DNA from: Gammaproteobacteria bacterium
GTDB taxonomy: Bacteria; Pseudomonadota; Gammaproteobacteria; Ga0077536
DNA length: 64,000 nucleotides
Assembly: GCA_963662545.2 (NCBI GenBank)
Contig: CAXXLL010000003.1
Span: 672,001 to 736,000, forward strand
Reading direction: 5' to 3'
Below are positions 39,381 to 49,817 of the stretch, piece by piece. Numbering within the stretch: position 1 is the first letter of the stretch; every line of letters starts with the position of its first letter. A program made the position numbers and the translations under genes. The notes under the pieces are model-generated. The model searched no databases, was not told the DNA's origin, and worked only from the letters and a program-made list of their open reading frames with translations.

Positions 39381-40163
39381 ATGACGACGAACGCTGGCGA
39401 GAACGGCAGCCGCAACGCGCGCTACCCGGCGCCCGAGTGGGAAGCAATCGCCTGTCCGGTGTGCAGCGGCGATGATTTCGAACGGCTGTTCGAACGCGAC
39501 GGTGAGCCCTTCGTGCGCTGCACGCGGTGTGGCCTGGCCCTGATCAACCCGCGGCGCGTATTCGAGGACATTCGCGGGCGCTATGACGCCGCGTACAGTC
39601 GCGCCTATGTCCGCAAGGCGGAGAAGAAGCTCAGGCGCAGCCGGCGGCGGGTCAAGCGCCTCACACGCGAATACCGGCTCGAAGGGCGCTGGCTGGATGT
39701 GGGGTGCTCGGCGGGTTTCGTCGTCAAGGCTGCGCAAGAAGCGGGCTTCGAGGCCCACGGCGTTGATATCGAAACGGACGGCATCGATTACGGCAGACAG
39801 GAACTCAAACTCGAACACCTGCATTGCGGACTACTCGAGGAACCCGGTTTCCCGGACCGGCATTTCCAGGCCATCTCACTCTACGATGTGATCGAGCACG
39901 TACCGGATCTAAATGCCTTTTTGCGCGAACTCGAACGCATTCTGGCACCCACCGGCGTGATCGACATCGGCACCCCCGACATCGGGCACTGGCGCGTACC
40001 CCGCGATCTGGCGACCTGGAACGAATTCAAGCCCTCGGAACACCTCTACTACTTCGACCGGGGGACCTTGACGCGCCTGCTGGCAAACAACGGCCTGCGC
40101 ATCGACCGGGTTCGCTTTGCACTCAAACCCGGGCTCAAGGTCTGCGCGCGTCACGCCATTTAA
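39381..40163 (+). CDS. Class I SAM-dependent methyltransferase with N-terminal Zn ribbon
   Basis: CPVC...CTRC, LDVGCSAG, DVIEHVPD, EHLYYF. Confidence 0.88.
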   Translation: MTTNAGENGSRNARYPAPEWEAIACPVCSGDDFERLFERDGEPFVRCTRCGLALINPRRVFEDIRGRYDAAYSRAYVRKAEKKLRRSRRRVKRLTREYRLEGRWLDVGCSAGFVVKAAQEAGFEAHGVDIETDGIDYGRQELKLEHLHCGLLEEPGFPDRHFQAISLYDVIEHVPDLNAFLRELERILAPTGVIDIGTPDIGHWRVPRDLATWNEFKPSEHLYYFDRGTLTRLLANNGLRIDRVRFALKPGLKVCARHAI

Positions 40164-40193
40164 TACGTGGCGGTACGGGCTTGCAATCAATCG

Positions 40194-40216
40194 TATAATT
40201 TTGAATGACTGCTCAA
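40194..40216 (+). promoter_or_regulatory. Putative -10 box (TATAAT) plus adjacent TTGA-N8-TCAA operator for the hydantoinase operon
   Basis: TATAAT at 40194-40199, then TTGAATGACTGCTCAA at 40201-40216. Confidence 0.35.
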
Positions 40217-40272
40217 TTTTCAGCAGATTTAACCGTGCGCCAATAGTGCACCTGATTTCGGCGAGACAGTAG

Positions 40273-42387
40273 TTGAGTTCCTATCTTTGCGGTCTGGACA
40301 TCGGCGGTACATTTACCGATTGCGTGCTGATCGATGAAGACGGCCGGCTCACTATTGCCAAGGCACCTTCGACGCCCGGCAATTTCGCCGAAGGCGTGAT
40401 CGAGGCGATCGAACGCGCGGCGGTCAAGGTCGGCCTCGGGATGTCCGAGTTGCTCGATAACATCAGCGTGCTCTCCCACGGCACCACCATCGGCACCAAT
40501 ACCGTGATCCAGCGCAAAGGCGCCAAAGTCGGCTTGCTCACAACCAAGGGCCATAGCGACGTCATCCACATCATGCGCGGTTCGCGGGGCCTGTCGGGCC
40601 AGGACATCAAGCTCATCGTGCACTTCCCCGAGAGCAGCAAACCCGATCCCCTGATCCCGAAGCGCCTCATCCGCGGGATCTCCGAACGCGTCGACTGCTT
40701 CGGCAAGGTCGTGGTCGAACTCAATGAGGACGAAGCGCGGTCCGCCATCCGATCTTTGCGTGACGCCGGCTGCGAGGCGCTCGCGATCTGCTGCCTGTGG
40801 TCGTTTCTCGAACCCAAGCACGAGCAGCGCATCAAGGCGCTCGCCGAAGAAATTGCGCCCGATCTCTACATTACCTGCTCGACTGAACTCGCGCCCAAAT
40901 GGGGTGAGTACGAACGTACGACTGCGGTTGCGCTAAACGCCTATATCGGGCCAATCACCGTCGGTTATGTGACGCGGCTCGATCGGCAGTTAAAGGATCT
41001 CGGCTACAAACCGCCGCTGCAGATTACGCAGTGCGCGGGCGGTACGATCACCGTCAGCAAATCGCAGCAAGCCCCCCTGCTAACGCTCGATTCAGGACCC
41101 GTATCCGGCGTGATGGGCTCGGTTTATCTCGGCGGCATCATGGACTGCCCCAACGTCATCACCACCGATCTCGGCGGCACCTCCTTCGACGTCGGTGTCA
41201 TTCACAAGGGCGAACCCGTGGTGTCCTACAAGAGCGTCGTGCACCAGTACGAATACTTTCTGCCTAAAGTCGATGTGCAGACGCTTGGCACCGGCGGCGG
41301 CAGCAAGGTTTGGCTGGACGAGGCGACCCGGTCTCTGCGCGTAGGGCCGGAGAGTGCCGGTGCCGATCCGGGGCCCGTTTGCTATGGCAAAGGCGGGACG
41401 ATACCGACCATGACCGATGCCGATCTCGTCCTCGGCTATCTTGATCCTGATAACTTCGCCGGTGGGACAATGAAGCTCGACCGGGATGCGGCCTGTGCCG
41501 CCCTCGCAGACTTCGCCGAAAAACTCACCATGAGCGTCTACGAACTGGCGAGCGGCGTCGCCACTATCGCCGAGTTCCAGATGGCGGATCTCATTCGTAA
41601 GGTCACGGTGCAGAAAGGCCTCGACCCCCGCGATTTCGTCGTCTTCGCGTTCGGCGGTGCCGGCCCCGTGCACATGGGTGTCGCTGCACGCGAACTAGGG
41701 GTCAGCAAGGTGATCGTGCCGCAGGGCGACACGGCCGCCGTATGGTGCGCCTTCGGCGCCGCCTCGGCCGACATCCTGCATGTTGACGAACAAGTCAACA
41801 TCATGTCTTCGCCGTTCGATCTCGAACGCGTCAACGGCATCCTCGATGAGCTGTGCGTTAGGGGCCGCGAGCACCTGCTCGACGACGGCGTCGAGGCGGG
41901 CCGCCACCAATTGCGCTTCTCGATCGACATGCGCCACCGCGGACAGATCAACGAAGTCGAGGTCAATCTCGACAGCGGCGTGCTCGACGAGAACGGGCTC
42001 GCAGCGTTGCGGGAGCGCTTCGTCGGTCGTTACGAGGGCTTATACGGGCGCGGCGCCTCACTGCTCGGCGCGCGGCTTGAGATCGTGACCCTGCGCTGCC
42101 GCGCATCCGCTGTCTCGCGCAAGCCGAAACTGGTCCGCGCTAAAGAACTCGTGCCGGATATTGCCGCGGATGCCGAAACCGGCCGACGCGACATTTACTG
42201 GGCGGAATGGAAACGCATCGAATCAACGCCTATATTCGACGGCTACAAACTGCGTCCGGGTAATGCGATCGAGGGCCCCTGCGTAGTCGAGACCATGACA
42301 ACGTCGATGGTGGTGCATCCCGGGCAACGCATTGCGGTCGACGCGCTGGGTAACTTCGTAATCGATCCAAATTACCAACGAGGATAA
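40273..42387 (+). CDS. Hydantoinase/oxoprolinase family subunit A (ATP-binding)
   Basis: DIGGTFTD, HGTT, EYERT, SGPVSG, DLGGTSFDV, GPESAGADPGP, FGGAGP; TTG start. Confidence 0.94.
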   Translation: MSSYLCGLDIGGTFTDCVLIDEDGRLTIAKAPSTPGNFAEGVIEAIERAAVKVGLGMSELLDNISVLSHGTTIGTNTVIQRKGAKVGLLTTKGHSDVIHIMRGSRGLSGQDIKLIVHFPESSKPDPLIPKRLIRGISERVDCFGKVVVELNEDEARSAIRSLRDAGCEALAICCLWSFLEPKHEQRIKALAEEIAPDLYITCSTELAPKWGEYERTTAVALNAYIGPITVGYVTRLDRQLKDLGYKPPLQITQCAGGTITVSKSQQAPLLTLDSGPVSGVMGSVYLGGIMDCPNVITTDLGGTSFDVGVIHKGEPVVSYKSVVHQYEYFLPKVDVQTLGTGGGSKVWLDEATRSLRVGPESAGADPGPVCYGKGGTIPTMTDADLVLGYLDPDNFAGGTMKLDRDAACAALADFAEKLTMSVYELASGVATIAEFQMADLIRKVTVQKGLDPRDFVVFAFGGAGPVHMGVAARELGVSKVIVPQGDTAAVWCAFGAASADILHVDEQVNIMSSPFDLERVNGILDELCVRGREHLLDDGVEAGRHQLRFSIDMRHRGQINEVEVNLDSGVLDENGLAALRERFVGRYEGLYGRGASLLGARLEIVTLRCRASAVSRKPKLVRAKELVPDIAADAETGRRDIYWAEWKRIESTPIFDGYKLRPGNAIEGPCVVETMTTSMVVHPGQRIAVDALGNFVIDPNYQRG

Positions 42388-42406
42388 TTTTTAGATAGGT
42401 CTATTG

Positions 42407-44677
42407 ATGACACGAATCAGCGAAATGACCGGGGTCGATTTCAACGGCATCGAGCGGCCCTATGTACCGCCCAAGATTTTGCGCATTGCCGAGAAACTCA
42501 AGCTTCACGGCGACTGGATTACGGACATCGATCCGGTGACCTACGAGGTCGTGCGCCACAATTTGTGGCAAATCAACGAAGAACACGGAGCCACCATCCA
42601 GCGGCTCTCGGGTTCGCCGGTGGCCATGTACGCGCTCGATCTCAACCCCTCAATACTCAACGAGGACGCCGAATTCGTCTACTTCGGGCCTTATATGCAG
42701 TACATGTCTGGCGTCACCGACACCCAGGTGAAATGGACCATGGAGTTCCGTAGCGATAATCCCGGCATATCCGAGGGTGACATGTTCATCGCCAACGATC
42801 CCTGGGTCGGGGCCGCGCACCAGCAGGACGTGATGTTGTTGTGCCCGATCTTCTGGGAGGACGAGTTGTTCTGCTGGGTGACCAACTGCCTGCACCAGTA
42901 CGACATCGGCGGGATCACGCCGGGCAGCTTTTGTCCGTCGGCCGAATCGGTCTACGACGAGGGCATTCTGCTGCCGCCCCTCAAGATCATAGAGCATTAC
43001 GAAATCCGCAAGGACATCGAGGCAGTGTACTTGCGCGCGTCGCGCAAACCCGAGCTCGTTGCGCTCGACTTTCGCGCTCAGATGGCCGGCAACACCACTG
43101 CGCGCGCGCGCGTGCTCGAACTCATCAAGCGTTACGGCGCCGCGACCGTCAAAGGCGTCATGAAACGCATCATCGAAAATTCCGAGAAATCATTTCTCGA
43201 CAAGATGGCGCGCCTGCCGGATGGCGAATGGCATGACCGTACCTACGTAGAGGCGTGCCGGCCCGGCGACCGACGCACGCACCGTGTGATGCTGGGCCTG
43301 CGCAAGGAGGGCGACAAACTCATCTTCACGAATGACGGCACAGCTCCGCAGGACGGCGCGATGAATGCCACCTATTCCGGATGGCGCGGTTCAATCATGG
43401 TCGCGGTTAACGAATTGCTTTGCTGGGATCAGTATTTCGCGTGTGGCGGCGCGCTGCGTCACATCGAATTCGATCCGACCCCCGGCACGTTCAACTGCGC
43501 CGATTTTCCGGCCTCGGTGTCGACGGCGCCGATTCAGTCGATGGAAATATCGCTTTATCCGGCCTACAACGCCATCTCGAAGATGATCTATCCCGACCCC
43601 GAGCTTCGCCGCGACATCATGTGCATCGGGGGTACCAGTCAATGGCCGGCGACGCTCTTCCGCGGCATCGACCAGTGGGGCGAGCATTACGGCTACATAC
43701 TCGTCGATCCCATCGGCGGCGCCATCGGCGCTTTCTCCGTCGCTGACGGTATCAACACCGGCGGCCAGGCGCGTACGCCCATCTGCCAGCTACCGAACAT
43801 CGAGCATACCGAACAGAGTTTCCCGGTGCTGTTCCTGTATCGCAAAGAACTGACTGATTCGGGCGGCGCCGGCAAGTATCGCGGCGGCCTCTCGGCCGAA
43901 TCCTGTTTCATCCCGCACAACACCGACGTGATCATCCAGGACACCTTGTCGTCCGGCAATGCCACGCCGACCTCGACCGGCATGATGGGCGGCTATCCGG
44001 CGAGCACCAATGCCTACACCTTTGTGCGCAACAGCAACGTGTTCGACTGCATCGATTCGCGGCAGATGCCCGAGGACGCCGGCGAGCTCGAAGGCGAGGA
44101 AATCACCCTGCAACTCCGACAGGAAAATTTCGAGCAGCACGCGAGCGACGTCTACGCTGTCCGCTGGACCGGCGGCGGCGGCTTCGGCGATCCCTTTGAC
44201 CGCTCGGCCGCGGACATCGATCAGGATCTTGAAGACTTCGCCATTACGCCTGAAGCTGCGCGCATGATTTACGGCGCGATTCTGGACGCCGACGGCCGCG
44301 TGAATGGCAAGAAAACCGACGCCGAACGCGCGCGCATCCGCGCTGCCCGCGTCAACGGCGGCGGGCAGCGTCGCATCGGCGAGACAATATACGAGGCAAC
44401 TACAGGCTTAACCGTCAAGCGCGACGGAAACGGACGGTACTGGGCATGCGCGAAATGTTCGGCGTACTTGGGGCCGCTTAGCGCAAACTACAAGGATGCG
44501 TGTATCCGCGAGGACAGGGAAGTTTCGTCTTGCAATCCTTTGATTGGCGATCCGTCGCGCTTCATCGACGACCCGGTGGTCTTCCGTCAGTTCTATTGCT
44601 GCGGCTGCGGTACTTTGATCGATAACGAAGTCGCGGTCGCCGACGACCCGGTGCTGCAGGACATCAAGCCCGGGTAG
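42407..44677 (+). CDS. Hydantoinase B/oxoprolinase subunit with a C-terminal acetone carboxylase gamma-like Zn-finger domain
   Basis: DPVTYEV, NDPW..AAHQQD, HQYDIGG..PGS, DSGGAGKYRGG, GGGGFGDP; tail WACAKC...NYK...FYCCGCGTLIDNEV. Confidence 0.9.
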   Translation: MTRISEMTGVDFNGIERPYVPPKILRIAEKLKLHGDWITDIDPVTYEVVRHNLWQINEEHGATIQRLSGSPVAMYALDLNPSILNEDAEFVYFGPYMQYMSGVTDTQVKWTMEFRSDNPGISEGDMFIANDPWVGAAHQQDVMLLCPIFWEDELFCWVTNCLHQYDIGGITPGSFCPSAESVYDEGILLPPLKIIEHYEIRKDIEAVYLRASRKPELVALDFRAQMAGNTTARARVLELIKRYGAATVKGVMKRIIENSEKSFLDKMARLPDGEWHDRTYVEACRPGDRRTHRVMLGLRKEGDKLIFTNDGTAPQDGAMNATYSGWRGSIMVAVNELLCWDQYFACGGALRHIEFDPTPGTFNCADFPASVSTAPIQSMEISLYPAYNAISKMIYPDPELRRDIMCIGGTSQWPATLFRGIDQWGEHYGYILVDPIGGAIGAFSVADGINTGGQARTPICQLPNIEHTEQSFPVLFLYRKELTDSGGAGKYRGGLSAESCFIPHNTDVIIQDTLSSGNATPTSTGMMGGYPASTNAYTFVRNSNVFDCIDSRQMPEDAGELEGEEITLQLRQENFEQHASDVYAVRWTGGGGFGDPFDRSAADIDQDLEDFAITPEAARMIYGAILDADGRVNGKKTDAERARIRAARVNGGGQRRIGETIYEATTGLTVKRDGNGRYWACAKCSAYLGPLSANYKDACIREDREVSSCNPLIGDPSRFIDDPVVFRQFYCCGCGTLIDNEVAVADDPVLQDIKPG

Positions 44678-46595
44678 ACGGTTTATCCACCGGCTGATCG
44701 TCGTTCGCGCTTCCAACCAGGGTCAGGCTTTCGACGGTAAGACGGTCGCGGCCGTCACGTTTCGAACGATAGAGTGCTTCATCGGCGCGCCGGATCACTT
44801 CCGGGGCCGACGTGCGGTGACCGTGCGGGTAGAAAACAGAGACCCCGACGCTAGCGGTTATGTGCGCCCCGGATTTACCGGGTATCGCGATCTCGCGAAT
44901 TTTCTGCAGCAGGCGATCGCCGTATTCGCGGGCTGCGGGTGCGTCCGCGTGCGGCATGACGATGATGAATTCTTCGCCGCCGTAGCGGCCGACGACGTCC
45001 GCCCCCCGCACCGAGTCCGTTAAGGCCCGCGAAACACGCTCCAGCACCTTGTCGCCTATCTGATGTCCATAAGTATCGTTAATCGGCTTGAAATGGTCGA
45101 TGTCCACCATGACGGTCGCGATTGGGAATTTGTACCGCTGGCTCTGGTTGAGGAACTGTTCGAGCAGTTCGATCGAGGTGCTGTGATTGTATAAGCCCGT
45201 CAGGCTGTCGCGGATAGCCAGATCGCTCAACTCGCGATTGCGCTCCTCGAGATCCTGCGTTCGCGTTTCGACTATCTCGTCCAGATGATCGTTTAGAGTG
45301 GCTAGATTGACACTGACGGTTTCGATCTCGATATCCTTCTCGCGCTGCAGAATCCAAAGGCGTTCGCCAAGGGCGAGAGACAAGCTCAGGAACTGCACGA
45401 GCGAGCCCAGATACAATGAATAGGTCGTGAGCGGCGAGGGCGCGATCATACCGGTCATATCGAGCGTCATGACCAACACGCCCGCCGTGAATGCCGCAAA
45501 GCCGACGAGGAAATAGAGCGCCACGCTATCGCCCGCCACCATCGCCCGGAATGCTCCCGCCATGATGATCAGGCAAACCGCCACCCCCGAGGCCATCATG
45601 GCGAGAATACCCAAGTGCACGCTCATCGCCAGGTAGCTTACGAAGCCAAAGCCCAGCACCCCGAGCACGGCACCGAAGAGCTTGTTGGCGGATGCCAGGT
45701 GCGCCCGGATATCGATAAATCGTCGACCGAAAAGTACGCCGGTGATGATCGTCAAGACCATCAAAAGCTTTGGCGAAAGTTGTTGCACGGCGGGTGAGTC
45801 GGACCAAAGGAACTGCATGCCGTAACCGCTGTAGGCACACATCATCAGTGCAAAAAAACCCAGGTACAGAAAATAATAGAAAAAAGTGATCTGGCGTCCG
45901 AGTGCGAATAGCACTACTGCGCTCAGGGAGAGTCCGATCATAAGCCCGAAGTACCCGCCCAGCAGAACGTTTTCCTTGGTCGCCTCGGATAGAAAATCTG
46001 ATTCGTTGTACAAACTCAAAGGCAGGCCGACAGCGCTCGTCGGACTGTGAATACGCAAATAATAGTTAACCGTGGTGCCCGGCTCGGGCTCTAGCTTGAA
46101 CGTGATATTACGGTACTCGTAATCGCGCTCGCCGAACGGATAACCGTCACCGGAATACGCGCGTGTCACTGACCCGCTCGCATGAGCCGTATATAAATCG
46201 ACGTGATCGATCAAGGGCTCGTCGATTACAAGCACGACGGGTTCGTCAAAAGTATCGCCGTAACGCACAGAAAACCGGGCCCATATCTCAGCCTTGGTGA
46301 AGCCGAGGTTGGCGTTACGCGCGGTGCTCGGAAAAAAGCGCGCTGCGATTTCGGGAGCGTCGAGATCGCCGACGCCGAGCCCGCCTTCCTCGTCGATCAA
46401 GATGTCAAAATGCCCGTACAGAGAGAGCGGTTTGAAATACGGCGAGGATAACTCGATCGGATCGAGTGCGTAAGCGTCGCCTAAGGTTAAGCACAGTGCA
46501 GCGAATGCACCCAGGATCCCGCGGTAGCGACGGGCAGGATCCGCTGGTGAGTAGCGGGGCATATTTCTTATCACGGATGGCCTGACGCCACCCAT
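44664..46595 (-). CDS. Diguanylate cyclase with 7TM-DISM sensor
   Basis: Periplasmic DISMED2-like region, about 7 TM helices, coiled coil, DSLTGLYN, DIDHFK, RGAD I-site, GGEEF. Start may be 46562. Confidence 0.92.
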   Translation of the reverse strand: MGGVRPSVIRNMPRYSPADPARRYRGILGAFAALCLTLGDAYALDPIELSSPYFKPLSLYGHFDILIDEEGGLGVGDLDAPEIAARFFPSTARNANLGFTKAEIWARFSVRYGDTFDEPVVLVIDEPLIDHVDLYTAHASGSVTRAYSGDGYPFGERDYEYRNITFKLEPEPGTTVNYYLRIHSPTSAVGLPLSLYNESDFLSEATKENVLLGGYFGLMIGLSLSAVVLFALGRQITFFYYFLYLGFFALMMCAYSGYGMQFLWSDSPAVQQLSPKLLMVLTIITGVLFGRRFIDIRAHLASANKLFGAVLGVLGFGFVSYLAMSVHLGILAMMASGVAVCLIIMAGAFRAMVAGDSVALYFLVGFAAFTAGVLVMTLDMTGMIAPSPLTTYSLYLGSLVQFLSLSLALGERLWILQREKDIEIETVSVNLATLNDHLDEIVETRTQDLEERNRELSDLAIRDSLTGLYNHSTSIELLEQFLNQSQRYKFPIATVMVDIDHFKPINDTYGHQIGDKVLERVSRALTDSVRGADVVGRYGGEEFIIVMPHADAPAAREYGDRLLQKIREIAIPGKSGAHITASVGVSVFYPHGHRTSAPEVIRRADEALYRSKRDGRDRLTVESLTLVGSANDDQPVDKPSTRA

Positions 46596-46833
46596 GTCTT
46601 TTTAGTTAAGCACGGTAGATTACGTAACCGGCCCGCCGCGGTCCAGTCACTTCCAATTCTGCAGGCACGACCGAGCGTATTTCCCGCGCTGCCAGTCTCC
46701 GAAATCCGGGCGCCGGACGGCATTCCGGACTAGAAATCCGCCCGCAGACAGCTTTGTTAAGAAATGTCATAAAATTGCGATACCGCGAAGCGAAATCACG
46801 AGCAACAATCACGAAGCCAGGGATACCAGCGGA

Positions 46834-48342
46834 ATGAAAATCAAACCACCTACCTTAGATGACCTCGACCTACTTGCGCAGCAATACGGACTCGAACTTT
46901 CCATCGACGATCTCGAATCGTTCCAAGGACTGATGGCGGGACCGATCGCCTCCTACGAACGCATCGATCAATTGACCGAACCCAAACCGACGGTCAAATA
47001 TCCGAGAGCCGGGGGCTATCGCCCGGAGCCGGGTGACAATCCGCTGAATGCCTGGTATCAGAAGTGCGCGATCAAAGGCGCGCGCGGCGGCAAGCTGAAA
47101 GGCAAGACCATCGCAATCAAGGACAACATCTGTGTGGCCGGGGTGCCGATGATGAACGGCGCTTCTGTGCTCGAGGGCTACGTGCCCGACATCGACGCCA
47201 CGGTCGTCGCCCGGATCCTCGATGCGGGCGGCGAGATCGCGGGCAAGGCCGTCTGCGAGAACTTGTGCTTTTCGGGCGGCAGCCACACTTGCGACACCGA
47301 GCCCGTAAAGAATCCGCATAAACACGAGCACACGACCGGCGGATCCTCTAGCGGCTGCGGCGCGCTCGTCGCCGCCGGCGAAGTCGACATGGCGATCGGC
47401 GGCGATCAGGGCGGCTCGGTTAGAATTCCGGGCAGCTGGTGCGGAATTTATGCGCTCAAGCCGACCCACGGCCTGGTACCCTACACCGGTGCGTTTCCCA
47501 TCGAACTGACACTCGATCATCTCGGGCCGATGACGCGCTCGGTTGCGGACTGTGCGCTATTGCTGGAAGTCGTCGCCGGATCGGACGGCATGGATCCGAG
47601 GCAGCGGAACGTGAAAATCGACCGCTACGGCAAGGCGCTGACGGGCGACGTGTCGGATCTGAAAATCGCCGTCGTCAAAGAGGGTTTCGGATGGGAAGGA
47701 CTTTCAGAGGACGACGTCGACACCAAGGTGCGAGAAGCATCACAACTTTTCAAGGAGCTCGGTGCTAAGGTTGACGACGTTTCGATACCGATGCACCGGG
47801 ACGGCCTCCATATCTGGAATGGCATCGCCATCGAAGGCGCCGCCCAAGTCATGATCAAGGGCAATAGCATGGGTACCAACTGGGAGGGCTACTACAACAC
47901 AGGTCTCCTCGATGCGTTCGCCAGGGGACGCCTCACCCGCGCGAACGATTTATCGGAAACGACCAAGCTCGTCATGCTGATGGCTCAGCACATGGAAGAC
48001 AACTATCATGGCCGCTATTACGCGAAGGCGCAGAATCTGTCCAGGAAACTGCGCGATGAGTACGATGCGAGGTTGCGGGATTACGATCTCCTGATCATGC
48101 CGACCCTGCCGCTCAAGGCCACCAGAATTCCGGCCGCGGACTGCCCCCGCGAGGAAACCGTCGCGCGGGCGCTCGAGATGATCAATAACACCTGTCCGTT
48201 TGACGTCACCGGACATCCGTCAATGACCGTACCCTGCGCCATGTCGGACGGCCTGCCAGTCGGCATGATGTTGACGGGACGGCATTTCGACGAAAGCACG
48301 GTCCTGCGAGCGGCTCATGCCTTCGAACAGGCGAATAAGTGA
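46834..48342 (+). CDS. Amidase (amidase-signature family, nitrile-hydratase-associated)
   Basis: IKDN, GGSSSG, GGDQGGSVRIP, KPTHGLVPYTG. Confidence 0.94.
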   Translation: MKIKPPTLDDLDLLAQQYGLELSIDDLESFQGLMAGPIASYERIDQLTEPKPTVKYPRAGGYRPEPGDNPLNAWYQKCAIKGARGGKLKGKTIAIKDNICVAGVPMMNGASVLEGYVPDIDATVVARILDAGGEIAGKAVCENLCFSGGSHTCDTEPVKNPHKHEHTTGGSSSGCGALVAAGEVDMAIGGDQGGSVRIPGSWCGIYALKPTHGLVPYTGAFPIELTLDHLGPMTRSVADCALLLEVVAGSDGMDPRQRNVKIDRYGKALTGDVSDLKIAVVKEGFGWEGLSEDDVDTKVREASQLFKELGAKVDDVSIPMHRDGLHIWNGIAIEGAAQVMIKGNSMGTNWEGYYNTGLLDAFARGRLTRANDLSETTKLVMLMAQHMEDNYHGRYYAKAQNLSRKLRDEYDARLRDYDLLIMPTLPLKATRIPAADCPREETVARALEMINNTCPFDVTGHPSMTVPCAMSDGLPVGMMLTGRHFDESTVLRAAHAFEQANK

Positions 48343-48366
48343 ACGAATCCGAAATGGAGCAAGACT

Positions 48367-48978
48367 ATGAGCGCAGGGCATGACCACCATACCCGACCGC
48401 TGAGCGACCCCGAGCTCCGGATCAAGGCACTGGAGCAGGTGCTGACCGAGAAAGGCTTGATCGACCCCGCTGCGGTTGACCTACTGATCGAAACCTACGA
48501 AGAAAAGGTCGGCTCGCACAACGGTGCCAAGGTCGTGGCAAAGGCCTGGACCGATCGCGAATACAAACAGCGCCTGCTCGAAAACGGCACCGCCGCGATC
48601 GCAGAACTCGGATTCTCGGGAATTCAGGGGGAAGACATGGTGGTGGTGGAGAATACGGCGACGGTCCACAACATGCTCGTGTGCACCCTGTGCTCCTGCT
48701 ACCCGTGGCCCACGCTGGGCCTACCGCCAGTGTGGTACAAGTCCGCGCCGTATCGCGCGCGCGCGATCAGCGAACCGCGCACGGTTCTGAAGGAATTCGG
48801 CGTCGAGATCGGCGACGACATGGAGATCAGGGTCTGGGACAGCACGGCGGAACTCCGCTACATGGTCCTACCGGAACGCCCGCCAGACACCGAGCACATG
48901 AGTGAAGAGGAACTGGCCAAATTGATCACCCGTGATTCTATGATCGGTGTCGCCAAGATAGCCCCCCGGGACGAATAA
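48367..48978 (+). CDS. nthA: Cobalt-type nitrile hydratase alpha subunit
   Basis: Metal motif VCTLCSCY (Thr/Tyr indicates Co-type), [19 protein letters not shown]. Confidence 0.97.
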   Translation: MSAGHDHHTRPLSDPELRIKALEQVLTEKGLIDPAAVDLLIETYEEKVGSHNGAKVVAKAWTDREYKQRLLENGTAAIAELGFSGIQGEDMVVVENTATVHNMLVCTLCSCYPWPTLGLPPVWYKSAPYRARAISEPRTVLKEFGVEIGDDMEIRVWDSTAELRYMVLPERPPDTEHMSEEELAKLITRDSMIGVAKIAPRDE

Positions 48979-48989
48979 GGGCTCGACCG

Positions 48990-49649
48990 GTGAACGGCAT
49001 TCACGACCTCGGCGGCATGCACGGCTTCGGGCCGGTCGCGCCCGAAAAAGACGAACCGGTATTCCACGCCGAATGGGAAAAACGCATGCTCGGGATGTTC
49101 GCGCCGACGTTTGCACTGGGTTTTTACAACATCGACGAGTTTCGCCATGCGATCGAGCGCATGGGTCCGCAACAATACCTGGCGACTTCGTACTACGAAC
49201 ACTGGCTCCATGCCCTGGAAACGCTGGCCTTGGCCAAGGGCGTGATCACCGAGGAAGAACTGCACACCGGCCATGCGGCGGTCGGTGCAGCCAAGTCCGA
49301 GCCAGCTATAAAGGCCGAAGACGTACCCAAGATCGTTGCTACCGGCGCGAGCGCGCGGGTCGACGCCGACGTCAAGCCTAAGTTCAAGGAAGGCGACATG
49401 ATCGTCGTCAGGAACATCAACCCGCCGTCACATACACGCATGCCGCGCTATGTGCGCGACAAACTCGGCTGTATCGACCGCGACCACGGCGTGTTCGTAT
49501 TTCCCGATTCGAGCGCCCACGGCAAAGGTGATAAACCCCAGCATTGCTACAGCGTGTACTTCAGCGCGCAGGAGTTGTGGGGCTCCAGGGCCTCGCGTAA
49601 CGATTCCGTCTACGTCGATTTGTGGGACGATTACCTGGTGCCGGCCTGA
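48990..49649 (+). CDS. nthB: Nitrile hydratase beta subunit
   Basis: MNGIHDLGGMHGFG, FRHAIERM, YYEHW, HTRMPRY, ELWG, DLWDDYL. Confidence 0.96.
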   Translation: MNGIHDLGGMHGFGPVAPEKDEPVFHAEWEKRMLGMFAPTFALGFYNIDEFRHAIERMGPQQYLATSYYEHWLHALETLALAKGVITEEELHTGHAAVGAAKSEPAIKAEDVPKIVATGASARVDADVKPKFKEGDMIVVRNINPPSHTRMPRYVRDKLGCIDRDHGVFVFPDSSAHGKGDKPQHCYSVYFSAQELWGSRASRNDSVYVDLWDDYLVPA

Positions 49650-49654
49650 TTTAA

Positions 49655-49817
49655 GAAACCTCTGAATAAGTCATGGCACATCTGCCTTGCCCATGAAATC
49701 GCGCGGCTCCGCGTTACGAACCTTGGCCCATAGTCCCCGCCATTGCCTGCGATTCGTGCCTTGACCTGCACCATGGCATGAACCATTCAGACGCACCATG
49801 ATTTATTCAGAGGTTCC
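49655..49817. mobile_element. MITE family A, copy 4 (inside the NHase operon)
   Basis: 163 bp; GAAACCTCTGAATAAGTCATGG ... CCATGATTTATTCAGAGGTTCC; flanks TTAA / GTAA. Confidence 0.9.

Noticed and set aside
39267-39824. N-terminal extension making the DUF62 ORF 454 aa
   Set aside because: It overlaps the methyltransferase on the opposite strand; family similarity starts at MSTPFEPSGVITVTTDFG (39266).
6185-49817. Family A repeats as a CRISPR array or tRNA/ncRNA genes
   Set aside because: The copies are dispersed, have TIRs and target duplications, and show no spacers, cas genes or cloverleaf.
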